64,000 bases of DNA. It comes from an uncultured Verrucomicrobiae bacterium (GTDB taxonomy: Bacteria > Verrucomicrobiota > Verrucomicrobiia > Palsa-1439). Below are positions 21,397 through 34,269 of the stretch, piece by piece. The stretch's first letter is position 1. Each line of letters begins with the position of its first letter. A program made the position numbers and the translations under genes. The notes under the pieces are model-generated. The model did not search any database. It was not told the origin of the DNA and saw only the letters and a program-made list of their open reading frames with translations. The stretch covers positions 320,001-384,000 of the forward strand of contig CAWEWF010000005.1 of assembly GCA_963812605.1 (NCBI GenBank), given 5' to 3'.

Positions 21397-22122
21397 TCAT
21401 TGCCCGGGGAGGACTTTTTTGAGGTTGTTGAACAAGCCTCCGACGACGTTCGTGGCGCCTTTGAGGGCTTCGCCGGCGACGTTGGTGACGTTGCCAAGGT
21501 CTTTCTTTAGATCGTCGGGCTTGATGCCGATGTCCGGCAGGGGAACGCTGCCGGCGATGGTGAGGAGGACGAGTCGGGTGATGTCGGTGGAGTCGTTGAT
21601 GTTCTTGTACGTGCGCTGGAGGTTAAGGGTGAGCGTGCGCTCCGTGGGCTTGGCGCGGCTGTAGTCCTTGATGGTGACGGTGCCGACCTGGATGCGCAAC
21701 TGGTCGATCTGATATTTTGCGGAAGATTTGGAGTCGCCACCAGAGACGACGCCTTTGAGCTTCATGGCATTGGAGTCACCCTTGTCGTTCTTCACGATCA
21801 CGAGTTGCTTGATGTTGATGAGCATGTCGTTGATGTGGGGCGTGCCGCTGAGCATGGAGCCGAGACGGTAATCGACATAAAGCTCGGGCATATCGACGAA
21901 CATTCTCTCCTGAAACTCGGGCGGGTTCATCAGCGTGAGATCGCGAACATCCAGTTTGCTGGAGAAGAGGCCGACATCGACGGAGCCGATTTTCAGGGGG
22001 AAGCCCGTGACTTTTTTAGCGCCGACCTCGACGGAGACACGGGCGATGAAATTGCGGGAGAGGAAAAGAACCACCAGAAGAACGACCAACCCGGCAGGGA
22101 CGATCCAAAGGAGCTTTTTCAT
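21397..22122 (-). CDS. AsmA-family / AsmA-like envelope protein
   Basis: N-terminal TM helix; G...IGSVDVGLFS...L.LMNPPEF beta-rich pattern typical of AsmA-like N-termini. Confidence 0.6.
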   Translation of the reverse strand: MKKLLWIVPAGLVVLLVVLFLSRNFIARVSVEVGAKKVTGFPLKIGSVDVGLFSSKLDVRDLTLMNPPEFQERMFVDMPELYVDYRLGSMLSGTPHINDMLINIKQLVIVKNDKGDSNAMKLKGVVSGGDSKSSAKYQIDQLRIQVGTVTIKDYSRAKPTERTLTLNLQRTYKNINDSTDITRLVLLTIAGSVPLPDIGIKPDDLKKDLGNVTNVAGEALKGATNVVGGLFNNLKKVLPGQ

Positions 22123-22165
22123 ATTCCAGTGTTACCGCGTTTTGTCCGCGCAATCAAGCCACGGA

Positions 22166-25349
<3,184 letters not shown>

Positions 25350-25395
25350 TGGGATTGCAGTGTAGCACAACCCCGGCGCGTGACAAGGCCCGCCG

Positions 25396-25968
25396 TCAGC
25401 GTTGCACTTCGGCGTAGCGGAAGCAGGTGATGAGGTGATCGTTAACCAAGCCGGCCGCCTGCATGAAGGCGTAGCAGATGGTCGAGCCGCAGAAGTTGAA
25501 TCCGCGCCGTTTCATGTCCTTGCTCATCGCGTCGGACTCTTTGGACGTGGCGGCGATTTCTTTCATCGACCGGAGGCGGTTGACGCGCGGTTTGCCATCG
25601 ACAAACTGCCAGATGTAACGGTCGAAAGAACCGAATTCATCGCGCACCTTCAGGAGCGCCTGCGCGTTCGTGACCGCCGAACGCACCTTCAATCGGTTGC
25701 GAATGATGCCCGGATTCGCGAGCAGTTTCTCGATGCGTTTCTCCGTGTAGCGCGCCACCTTCTCCGCGTCGAAGTTGTCGAATGCTTTCCGGTAATTCTC
25801 GCGCTTGAGCAGCACCGTGCGCCAACTCAGGCCCGCCTGCGCCGCATCGAGCACGAGGAACTCAAAGAGCTTGCGGTCATCATGCACCGGCACGCCCCAT
25901 TCGGTGTCGTGATACGCGATCATCGTAGGATGGTCGAGAGACCAGCCGCAGCGAACTGGTTCAAGCAT
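25396..25968 (-). CDS. tag: DNA-3-methyladenine glycosylase I
   Basis: RCGW..YHDTEWG, QAGLSW, IIRNRLK, YAFMQAAG.VNDH...C. Confidence 0.95.
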   Translation of the reverse strand: MLEPVRCGWSLDHPTMIAYHDTEWGVPVHDDRKLFEFLVLDAAQAGLSWRTVLLKRENYRKAFDNFDAEKVARYTEKRIEKLLANPGIIRNRLKVRSAVTNAQALLKVRDEFGSFDRYIWQFVDGKPRVNRLRSMKEIAATSKESDAMSKDMKRRGFNFCGSTICYAFMQAAGLVNDHLITCFRYAEVQR

Positions 25969-26038
25969 GCCGCGAGTTTACCAAATTGGCAGTGCGCAGT
26001 GCGAGGCCCTTTCAAGGGCGGTAGCGGTTTTTATTGGA

Positions 26039-26440
26039 TCAATGATGGGGAACGCTTATGGTCCAGAGGACCCACCCCGGCGGAATCACGTCCGTGCAAT
26101 CGAATCCGGTTGTCCACTCGACTGCATTGGCGAGAATCCACAAAGCTGCGAGTGGCAGCAGCACGTAACGAAACAGGAAACCTGCGCGTCGCCTGGAAGC
26201 GGTCCGAGATTCCACAACGGTCGCTTCGGACGGCAGGTAAGCCAGTTTCCAATTCGGATAATGTTTTGCTCTCCAATCATACAAGGCTGTAGGCAAGCCG
26301 ATATCACGGCCAGCCTTTTCGCTTTCGAGCCACTTGTGCCGGAGGATTTCTTCGGTCGGCGGCCTCGGCTTTCCGAACGCAATGATTAATAATTCGTCTA
26401 CGTTTTCAACGGGATGAGTTACATCCTGGATCGTATTCAT
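26039..26440 (-). CDS. Small protein with a DUF4032-like motif and a C-terminal TM helix
   Basis: EEILRHKWLESEKAGRDIG...A..DW motif; hydrophobic FLFRYVLLPLAALWILA. Confidence 0.6.
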   Translation of the reverse strand: MNTIQDVTHPVENVDELLIIAFGKPRPPTEEILRHKWLESEKAGRDIGLPTALYDWRAKHYPNWKLAYLPSEATVVESRTASRRRAGFLFRYVLLPLAALWILANAVEWTTGFDCTDVIPPGWVLWTISVPHH

Positions 26441-26790
26441 CTTCCTGCCCCCCACGGTTGGTTGTTACTTTCTCCTTGACGTGCATACCCCCAACATTTT
26501 CCATGCCGGACGCAGTTTCCAAGCGAGGATGCGGCTCTGCTCGGTCGAAAAACTGGCGAAATCTGGACAGGCTGGCCTGCTATCGCCAGTCGCAGTTGGA
26601 TGCAAGGCTGTTGGACGGAGACAAGCATATTTCCAAAGCGACTCCGTCGGATTGGTTTCATTCCTTCGCATCTGGGACTAAAGTGTTTGGGATTGGATCA
26701 GAGGAAGCGGCATGCCGATGGGTGATTTCTACTCGACAAGGGGCTCATTTCCAGCTAAATACGGCCACATAAGGAGGTGGGATTTCCACC

Positions 26791-27768
26791 ATGACAAAGA
26801 AGGCGTTGGGCAGGGGACTGGATGCATTAATCAGTGGCGGGGTCGTTCGCAGCGTGGCGGCCGAACCTCCTCATGTTGAAGTTGCCATCGCACTTCCCGC
26901 GACGAACGTGGTCCAACCACTCGGCACCAGATCCGCCAGCACTGTCGGCGAGAGCAACGGCAACGCCGTTCTTCATCTCGACATTGACACCATTGAGCGC
27001 AGCCGCTTCCAGCCGCGCACCGATTTTGACCCGGAGCAACTTCGCGAGCTGGCCGATTCCATCAAACAACGCGGCGTTATCCAGCCATTGCTGGTGCGAC
27101 CGTTTATTGGGACCGATGGCATGCGCCGCCATGAACTGATTGCCGGCGAACGCCGCTGGCGGGCGGCACGGGAAGCGGGGCTGACGACGATCCCCGCCAT
27201 CGTCCGCGAGGCGAACGACCAGGAAGCGCTTGAGATCGCGCTCATCGAAAACCTGCAACGTGAAGATCTCAATGCGGTCGAGGAAGCGCGAGCGTACGAA
27301 CAGCTTTCCACGCAGTTCAAACTCACGCAGGAACAAATCGCCGAAAAAGTGGGCCGCAGCCGTGCGGCGGTGGCGAACTCGGTGCGGCTGCTCGGATTGC
27401 CGGGGGAAGTGCAGTCGTGGATTGCCGACAACCGGCTCAGCGTGGGCCACGCCAAGGCGATTTTGGGGTTGGCCAATCCGTCTGAGCAGCGGCTGGTTGC
27501 CGAGCGCGTGCTGAAGCGCAATCTCACGGTGCGCGAGACGGAACGGCTCGTGGAACAACTCAAGGGCGAAGCGAAAGTTCGCGCGCGCACGCTCGGTGGA
27601 GTTGCGAAATCCACGCATGTCCTCGCGGTTGAAGAGCGGTTGCAGCAGAAGCTCGGCACCCACGTCAGTGTGTATCACGGCAAGAAAAAGGGGCGCATCG
27701 AGATCGAGTATTACGGGAACGATGATCTCGCGCGCCTGCTCGGTATCCTCGGTATCGACAATCTCTAG
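26791..27768 (+). CDS. parB: Chromosome partitioning protein ParB/Spo0J
   Basis: ALGRGLDALI, QPR..F, IAGERRWRA, ENLQREDL, HTH with SRAAVAN.RLL. Confidence 0.96.
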   Translation: MTKKALGRGLDALISGGVVRSVAAEPPHVEVAIALPATNVVQPLGTRSASTVGESNGNAVLHLDIDTIERSRFQPRTDFDPEQLRELADSIKQRGVIQPLLVRPFIGTDGMRRHELIAGERRWRAAREAGLTTIPAIVREANDQEALEIALIENLQREDLNAVEEARAYEQLSTQFKLTQEQIAEKVGRSRAAVANSVRLLGLPGEVQSWIADNRLSVGHAKAILGLANPSEQRLVAERVLKRNLTVRETERLVEQLKGEAKVRARTLGGVAKSTHVLAVEERLQQKLGTHVSVYHGKKKGRIEIEYYGNDDLARLLGILGIDNL

Positions 27769-27789
27769 CGGCGCTCGCCGAGTGCCGAA

Positions 27790-28905
27790 ATGGACGACCT
27801 CAGCCAACAGCAACGCGCCAAACGTTACGAGGCGATCCACAACCTTCTCTTCGTGGTGGAGACGGTTTACACGATCTTGTTGCTGGTCGCATTTCTCGGC
27901 TGGAAGGGTTCGGACATTCTGGCCAACGCGGCGCAATCCATTTCGCCGAATCCATGGATTCATGTGGCGATTTACGGCGCCGTGGTCGTCATCGCGACCA
28001 AGCTGCTGTTTTTGCCGCTCAATTATTACGGCGATTATCATCTCGAACATAAATTTGGGCTTTCCAACGAAAACCTCGGTGCGTGGGCGTTCGATGAACT
28101 GAAGTCCCTCGGGTTGAATTTGCTCCTGAGTGTCGCGTTGCTGGACGTTTTGTATTTCGTTCTGCGACGCGCCGGAGACTGGTGGTGGGTCGGCGCGGGG
28201 CTTTGTTTCCTGGTGTTCGGGGTGGTGATGTCGGCGTTGTTTCCCGTGCTGATTCTCCCGTTGTTCTACAAATTGCAACCCTTGGAGAATGAGTCACTGC
28301 GCGAGAAACTTACGGCGCTTGCGCAACGGGTTGGCGCGAAGGTTCTCGGTGTTTATCGAATGGGAATGAGCGAGAAGACGAAGAAAGCCAACGCGGCCTT
28401 TGCGGGACTCGGCAGCACCAAGCGCATCATTCTCGGCGATACCTTGCTGGATAAATTTGCGGAGGACGAAATTGAGGTGGTCATGGCCCACGAGATGGCG
28501 CACTACAAGCACGGCGACATTACGAAAATGATCGCCTGGGGGGCGGTGACGACCTTCCTCGGGCTCAAGGTTGCCGATCTCGGGTTGCATTGGGGCATGG
28601 TCAAACTCGGCTATGCGCATGTGTGGGACATCGCCGCGTTTCCATTGTTGGCCTTGTGCCTGTTTATTTTTGGGCTGGTGGCGATGCCGCTGAACAACGT
28701 CTTCTCCCGTTCGCGTGAATGGAAAGCCGACGCCACGGCACTGGAGTTGACTTCAAATCGGGATGCTTTCATTCGCGCCATGCGCAAGCTCGCGGAACAG
28801 AACCTCGCGGATCTTTCACCGCATCCGCTGGTGGAGTTTCTCCTGCACGATCATCCGTCGCTTGCGCGGCGCATTGCCTGGGCCGAACAATGGCAAAACG
28901 ACTAG
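27790..28905 (+). CDS. M48 (Ste24-like) membrane zinc metalloprotease
   Basis: NAAFAG, HEMAH, E..AD, HPSL..RI; multiple TM helices. Confidence 0.92.
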   Translation: MDDLSQQQRAKRYEAIHNLLFVVETVYTILLLVAFLGWKGSDILANAAQSISPNPWIHVAIYGAVVVIATKLLFLPLNYYGDYHLEHKFGLSNENLGAWAFDELKSLGLNLLLSVALLDVLYFVLRRAGDWWWVGAGLCFLVFGVVMSALFPVLILPLFYKLQPLENESLREKLTALAQRVGAKVLGVYRMGMSEKTKKANAAFAGLGSTKRIILGDTLLDKFAEDEIEVVMAHEMAHYKHGDITKMIAWGAVTTFLGLKVADLGLHWGMVKLGYAHVWDIAAFPLLALCLFIFGLVAMPLNNVFSRSREWKADATALELTSNRDAFIRAMRKLAEQNLADLSPHPLVEFLLHDHPSLARRIAWAEQWQND

Positions 28906-29801
28906 GCCTAATCCTCATCGTTGGGATCATCTGTGGCTGCGGCGGGTCGCGACCGCCGCCGCCCATTCCCTGGCAACAATACAGCGGCGAACGGGCCTAC
29001 CAGCATGTTGAAAAACTGGTCGGATACGGAGCGCGGCCCAGCGGAAGCGATGCGCTGGGACGCGCGGCCACATACATCAAGGCGCAACTGGAGGAGTATG
29101 GGCTGACCGTCGAAGACCAGGTCTTCATCGCGCAAACGCCCCTGGGTCCGAAGCAATTTCGAAACATCGTGGCCAAAACACGCGTGCAACCGGGTGGTCC
29201 CAATCGCGTGATCATTATCGGCTCGCACTACGACACGAAGTTCTTCACGAACATCACCTTCGTCGGCGCCAACGACGGCGGCTCAAGCTCGGGCGCACTG
29301 CTGGAGATCGCGCGCATCGCCGCCGAGCAACCGAGCCTATGGTTCGTATTCTTCGACGGCGAGGAGGCCATGGTACAGTACGGCGATGAGGATGGGTTGT
29401 GGGGCAGCAAGTTCTTCGTCGAAGATCTCAAGGGGAAGAACCAGGTCGGCCAGGTCAAAGCGATGGTGTTACTCGACATGATCGGCGACAAGAACTTGAA
29501 TGTCACCGTCAACGGCTCGCTCATTTCGCCAGCGTTTGACGCTTCGCGCGCTGCTGGTTTCCGCGACTATTTCGCCTACGGGGGAAACGGGATGCTCGAC
29601 GACCACGTACCGTTCATGCGCGTCGGAATCCCGGCGGTTGATCTGATCGATTTCGAATTCGGGAGTAAGCCAGGGCTGAACGATTACTGGCACACGGAGA
29701 AGGACACGCTCGACAAGATCAGCCCGCGCAGCCTGGAGATCGTCGGAAAGACCACGCTGCGGCTTGTCGAACTCCTTCAGAATCAAGCGACTGCCCATTG
29801 A
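28890..29801 (+). CDS. M28 peptidase / glutaminyl cyclase-like lipoprotein
   Basis: Lipobox-like ICG-C; SHYDTK, GANDGGS, FDGEE, LLDMIG, DDH.PF, YWHT..D. Confidence 0.88.
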   Translation: MAKRLGLILIVGIICGCGGSRPPPPIPWQQYSGERAYQHVEKLVGYGARPSGSDALGRAATYIKAQLEEYGLTVEDQVFIAQTPLGPKQFRNIVAKTRVQPGGPNRVIIIGSHYDTKFFTNITFVGANDGGSSSGALLEIARIAAEQPSLWFVFFDGEEAMVQYGDEDGLWGSKFFVEDLKGKNQVGQVKAMVLLDMIGDKNLNVTVNGSLISPAFDASRAAGFRDYFAYGGNGMLDDHVPFMRVGIPAVDLIDFEFGSKPGLNDYWHTEKDTLDKISPRSLEIVGKTTLRLVELLQNQATAH

Positions 29802-29892
29802 TTCGGCTTGCGGCTTGCTTTACTATAGGTCGTGAAGGAAATGAGCGTCAGCGCTCTGGTTGAAATGGTGCAGCGGCGGGAAGGATTGCGGC

Positions 29893-31875
29893 ATGGAGGA
29901 CAAGTTCCAAGTACTTGAGAACGTGCCAGTTCTGGCCAGCCTTGGCAAGGAATTGATGAAAGGCCTGGCCGAGCGCGCTGAATTTGTCGCCGTCAAAAAA
30001 GGCGACCTTATCGTGCGCGAAAATGACCCTGGCGACGCGCTTTACGTCGTTGTTTCGGGTCGACTTCAGGCTTACACCCGGCTCAAGAGCGGACGGGACC
30101 GCATTTTCGCCACCTATTGTGACGGCGATTGTTTTGGCGAGATGCCGCTGCTCAGTGGTGAAACGCATTGGGCGAATGTGCGCGCGCTCAACGATTCGAT
30201 GCTCCTGAAGATCCCGCGCGAGGATTTCGATTCCGTGGTCAATCGCGACCCGCGCGTGGCGGTCAGCTTCAGTCAACGGCTCGGTCATCGCATCAAGGAA
30301 CTTCGTGAAGAGAAACATCGCGCCAAGCGGAGCACGATCATCTCGCTCTACGGTTCCCTGCCCGACACCGGGAAAACGACCCTCGCGCACAACCTGACCG
30401 CGAGCCTCGCCCACGAAACGCACGAACCCGTGTTGCTTCTCGATTTCACCGGCACGCAGCGTGGCGTGCCGTTGTTGAAGTGCGAACGCCTCGATTTTCG
30501 CGGGGGCCTCGGGTTGCAGGACATCACGTTGCATTCCGCGCTCGGTTACGACCGCTTGAATCTGGACCTCGTGGGCGACGAACGCGAGATCGCGCTCATC
30601 GCACCCGTATTCGGCCACCTGGTGAAGCAGTACGACTACGTGATTTGTGATCTTCCCAATACCGTCTCCGCGTCCGTCTTCGCCTGCCTCGTGCAATCGG
30701 ACCAGGTGTTCGTTATCGCCAAGTACGACGACGAGCACCTGTACCGCACGAGGTTGTTGCTGGAGGATTTCCGTTCCCACGCGGCGGCGCGAGAGCCGCA
30801 GGTGCGGGTGATTCTCACGGCAGTTGGTGACGCCAGCGCGCCGTACGTGGAAGAAGCCGAGCGGAAGGTTGGGCAACCGATCGCGTATCTCCTGCGCTGG
30901 ATTCCCGAATCCGAGATCGTCGAGGCCGTGGATGGAACTCCGTACGCGATTCGGAAGCCGATGGAGCCATATGGCCTGGTGGTGCGTCGTATGGCGCGCG
31001 AATTGGGCAACGTGCTGGTCGGGCTGGCGCTGGGCACGGGTGGCGCGCGCGGTCTGGCGCACATCGGGGTCATCCGGGTGTTGGAACGAGAGGGGATTGC
31101 CATCGACATGGTCGCGGGCAGCTCGATGGGCGCGCTCATCGCGGCGGCGTGGGCGGTCGGCAAGAACGCCGACGAGATGGAGGAGATCGCCAAGCAGATC
31201 CGCAACAAGCGCACGTTCCTGAAATTGCTGGACCCGATGTTTCCCGGCGCGGGCATTTTTCGCGGCATCAAGGTGTATAATTTCCTGCATTCGATCGTGG
31301 ACGGCTTGACGTTTGCCGACACGCTCATTCCATTGAAGATCGTCGCCAGTGACATCAACACGTTGGAAGAAGTTGTCTTCGAAGACGGCAAGCTCATCGA
31401 TGCGATTCGCGCGAGCATCACGATTCCGGGTGTCTTCCGTCCCGTGGTGACCAACGGTCACACGCTGATCGACGGCGGCATCACGGATCCCGTGCCGGTG
31501 CAAGTGCTGGCGCACGCGGGCGTCGCGAAGATCATCGCCGTGAATACCATTCCCAATGTCGACGAGATGAAACAGCGCGAGCGCTACCGCAACGAGATGT
31601 CGCTGGCGTCCCGGAAGGAGCGCAAGGGCGGAATGCGGGAAACGGGGCCGGTCGTGGAAACGCCGACCAGCCTGATCAATGTGTACATGCGTTCGATGCA
31701 CGCGATGCAGTCGCGCATGGCGGAGGTGGCCTGTAATAATGCCGACGTGGTGATCCGCCCGATCCTCGCGGACAGCGTATGGTATGACTTTTATCATCCC
31801 GAGCGCTACATTCGCTGCGGGGAAGAGGCGGCGCAGGCCGCGTTGCCCTTGCTGAAGGGGTTGGTGGGCGTATGA
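29893..31875 (+). CDS. cNMP-binding + MinD/ParA-like P-loop + patatin phospholipase (NTE-like architecture)
   Basis: cNMP domain (LYVVVSG..FGEM), GKTT P-loop and DYVICD, patatin GTGGARG / GSSMG / DGG. Confidence 0.9.
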   Translation: MEDKFQVLENVPVLASLGKELMKGLAERAEFVAVKKGDLIVRENDPGDALYVVVSGRLQAYTRLKSGRDRIFATYCDGDCFGEMPLLSGETHWANVRALNDSMLLKIPREDFDSVVNRDPRVAVSFSQRLGHRIKELREEKHRAKRSTIISLYGSLPDTGKTTLAHNLTASLAHETHEPVLLLDFTGTQRGVPLLKCERLDFRGGLGLQDITLHSALGYDRLNLDLVGDEREIALIAPVFGHLVKQYDYVICDLPNTVSASVFACLVQSDQVFVIAKYDDEHLYRTRLLLEDFRSHAAAREPQVRVILTAVGDASAPYVEEAERKVGQPIAYLLRWIPESEIVEAVDGTPYAIRKPMEPYGLVVRRMARELGNVLVGLALGTGGARGLAHIGVIRVLEREGIAIDMVAGSSMGALIAAAWAVGKNADEMEEIAKQIRNKRTFLKLLDPMFPGAGIFRGIKVYNFLHSIVDGLTFADTLIPLKIVASDINTLEEVVFEDGKLIDAIRASITIPGVFRPVVTNGHTLIDGGITDPVPVQVLAHAGVAKIIAVNTIPNVDEMKQRERYRNEMSLASRKERKGGMRETGPVVETPTSLINVYMRSMHAMQSRMAEVACNNADVVIRPILADSVWYDFYHPERYIRCGEEAAQAALPLLKGLVGV

Positions 31876-31883
31876 AGCGGAAT

Positions 31884-31924
31884 CCCCTCACCCTAACCCT
31901 CTCCCCCAACAAGGGGAGAGGGGA
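31884..31924. repeat. CCCCTCACCCTAACCCTCTCCC-type palindromic repeat
   Basis: CCCTCTCCCC..GGGGAGAGGG hairpin; related copies at 21107-21188, 42175-42210 and, more loosely, 63420-63451. Confidence 0.75.
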
Positions 31925-31987
31925 CGCGAAGAGCAAGTCTCTCTCACCTCTTGGGCGAGAGGATGAAAGCCAGAAGGATGTGCGCGC

Positions 31988-33442
31988 ATGAAATGGGACT
32001 GCCTGTCGCCGCCGGAGCAGCGCCGCATACAGAACGAGAAACTTCATCGCTATTTTACGGAAGTCATTGGCCCGTTCAGTCCGTACTACAAGAAGTTCTT
32101 CGCCGAGCATAAGGTCGACCCGCGCCAGATCAAGACGGTCGATGATTTACGACATCTGCCGTTCACCAGGAAAGCCGATTTGCTCCCGACGCCGGAGCAG
32201 CCGGAAAAATTCCGCGACTTCATTATCACTCCCGACGCGTCCGTGCTCAAGCATCGCCCGCGCGTTGTCGCGGAGGCGTTATTGCGCGGTCGCAGCGCAG
32301 TGGAACGGCGTTTCGAGCGCGAGTATCGCCCGATTTTCCTGACCGCGACCACGGGCCGCAGCTCGGCGCCCGTGGCCTTCACCTACACCGACCACGATAT
32401 GCGCAATCTCCGCACAGCCGGCGCGCGCATCATCCAGGTTTTCGGCGCCACGACGAAGATGCGCGCCGTGAATATGTTTCCTTACGCGCCGCACCTGGCG
32501 TTCTGGCACGTCGTGTTGGCGGGATTGGAGTTTGGGATGTTGGTCGTCAGTTCGGGCGGCGGCAAGGTGATGGGCACCGACGGCAACATCGGTCTCATTG
32601 AGAAGATCAAGCCCGAGGCGATTGTCGGCATTCCGACATTCGTCTATCACGTCATCCGCGAAGCGCACGAACAGGGGCGCAAATGGCCGCAGGTTTGCAA
32701 GATCATACTCGGTGGCGAGAAGAGCCCGGAGGGGATCCGGCGCAAGATGGTTTCCATGCTGCAGGAGATGGGCGCGGGCGATGTGCGGGTTTGCGGCACG
32801 TACGGTTTTACGGAGGCGCGTCTCGCGTGGGGCGAATGCCCGACGCCTCCGGATGTATGGAGCGGTTATCATTTTCTTACCGATCTCGGTATCATGGAGG
32901 TGATCGATCCCGAAACGGGTGAAGTCAAGGGCGAGGGTGAGCCGGGCGAATTGGTGTACACGCCGCTCGACGCGCGCGGCACGGTCGTGCTGCGCTATCG
33001 CACCGGCGATTATGTGGACGGGGGGATAACCTGGGAACCGTGTCCGTATTGCGGGCGTACGGTGCCGCGCATTGTTGGCAAGATTGGGCGGGCTTCCAGC
33101 ACGCAGGAATTACGACTGGAAAAACTGAAGGGCACGCTTGTCAATTTCGACTCGCTCCAGCAGATTCTCGACGACATGGCGGAGATTGGCGAGTGGCAAT
33201 TGGAAATTCGCAAGGCCCACGACGACCCGCATGACGTGGACGAACTAATTTTGCACGTTGCGCCCGAGAACGGCGCCAACCTGGAGCGGCTCAAGGAAAA
33301 GATCCGAACGCGGTTCCAGACCGAGATTGAAGTGACACCCAATCGCATCGAGATCCATTCGCTCGACGACATGCTCAAACGCATCAAGCTGGAAAGCGCG
33401 TTGAAGGAAGTACGGGTGTTAGATGCGCGACCCAAGGAATAG
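31988..33442 (+). CDS. Phenylacetate--CoA ligase-like (PaaK family) adenylate-forming enzyme
   Basis: LPFTRKADL, TTGRSSAP, YGFTE, EVIDPETG..GELVYT, RYRTGD. Confidence 0.85.
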   Translation: MKWDCLSPPEQRRIQNEKLHRYFTEVIGPFSPYYKKFFAEHKVDPRQIKTVDDLRHLPFTRKADLLPTPEQPEKFRDFIITPDASVLKHRPRVVAEALLRGRSAVERRFEREYRPIFLTATTGRSSAPVAFTYTDHDMRNLRTAGARIIQVFGATTKMRAVNMFPYAPHLAFWHVVLAGLEFGMLVVSSGGGKVMGTDGNIGLIEKIKPEAIVGIPTFVYHVIREAHEQGRKWPQVCKIILGGEKSPEGIRRKMVSMLQEMGAGDVRVCGTYGFTEARLAWGECPTPPDVWSGYHFLTDLGIMEVIDPETGEVKGEGEPGELVYTPLDARGTVVLRYRTGDYVDGGITWEPCPYCGRTVPRIVGKIGRASSTQELRLEKLKGTLVNFDSLQQILDDMAEIGEWQLEIRKAHDDPHDVDELILHVAPENGANLERLKEKIRTRFQTEIEVTPNRIEIHSLDDMLKRIKLESALKEVRVLDARPKE

Positions 33443-33495
33443 GTCACTGCTCCCGGATTGCACGAGAGAATGGCGCGTGTTAGCGTGAGGAAACT

Positions 33496-34269
33496 ATGAA
33501 GACCAAACTCGCAATTCTAATTGCAGGACTTTTTGCCATGAACTCATTTGCTGCGCTGCACACCGAGACCATTGAGTACAAACAAGGCGACACGACGTGT
33601 GAAGGCTATCTCGCTTACGATGACGCGGTGAAGGGGCCGCGGCCGGGCGTGTTGGTCGTGCACGATTGGCTGGGATTGGACAGCTATCCGAAGATGCGGG
33701 CAGATATGCTTGCCAAGCTGGGTTACGTCGCGTTCGCGGCTGATATTTACGGCAAGGGGGTACGTCCCAAGGGGCCAGCCGAAGCGATGGCGCAGACGAA
33801 AATATACAAAGGTGATCGGGCGCTGCTCCGCCTTCGGGTCAACGCCGCTCTCGCCGTGCTGAGGAGCCAGCCGGAGGTCGACCCGAAACGCCTTGCGGCC
33901 ATCGGTTACTGTTTTGGCGGCACCACGGTGCTCGAACTGGCGCGCAGTGGAGCGGAGATTGCCGGGATCGTCACGTTCCACGGCGGACTTGACACACCGA
34001 CGCGCGATGCGAACAACATCAAGTGCAAGGTACTTCTCTGCCACGGCGCGGACGATCCGTACGTGCCGGCGGCCGATGTGACAGCCTTGCAGGATGAACT
34101 ACGCTCCGCAAAAGTGGATTGGCAGATGATTTATTACAGCGGGGCGGTGCACAGTTTCACGCGGCCCGATGCCGGCAACGACAACTCGAAAGGCGCGGCC
34201 TACAACGAACACGCCGACAAGCGGTCGTGGGAAGCGATGAAGGAGTTTTTCGCAGAAATCTTCCGATGA
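33496..34269 (+). CDS. Dienelactone hydrolase family protein, signal peptide
   Basis: GYCFGG nucleophile, FHG, HGADDP, AVHSFT. Confidence 0.92.
   Translation: MKTKLAILIAGLFAMNSFAALHTETIEYKQGDTTCEGYLAYDDAVKGPRPGVLVVHDWLGLDSYPKMRADMLAKLGYVAFAADIYGKGVRPKGPAEAMAQTKIYKGDRALLRLRVNAALAVLRSQPEVDPKRLAAIGYCFGGTTVLELARSGAEIAGIVTFHGGLDTPTRDANNIKCKVLLCHGADDPYVPAADVTALQDELRSAKVDWQMIYYSGAVHSFTRPDAGNDNSKGAAYNEHADKRSWEAMKEFFAEIFR

Noticed and set aside
21019-21400. rRNA or tRNA gene behind the boxA-like motif
   Set aside because: No 16S/23S/5S signature or tRNA cloverleaf is recognisable here or elsewhere in the window.
26490-26510. sigma54-like motif upstream of the DUF4032-like gene (minus strand CGGCATGGAAAATGTT)
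   Set aside because: It has GT instead of the conserved GC at -12; too weak to call.
26791-27768. Orphan parB as a plasmid or ICE marker; parS sites
   Set aside because: The protein looks like chromosomal Spo0J among housekeeping genes, and I saw no full TGTTTCACGTGAAACA-type palindrome.
29848-31797. Long antisense ORFs (also 2691-4439, 26827-28278, 43655-44971)
   Set aside because: Shadow ORFs expected opposite genuine genes in GC-rich DNA; no recognisable motifs.
29893-31875. Patatin as a CBASS (CapV-like) effector
   Set aside because: No CD-NTase or other defence gene is adjacent; the neighbours are lipid-catabolic and composition is host-like.
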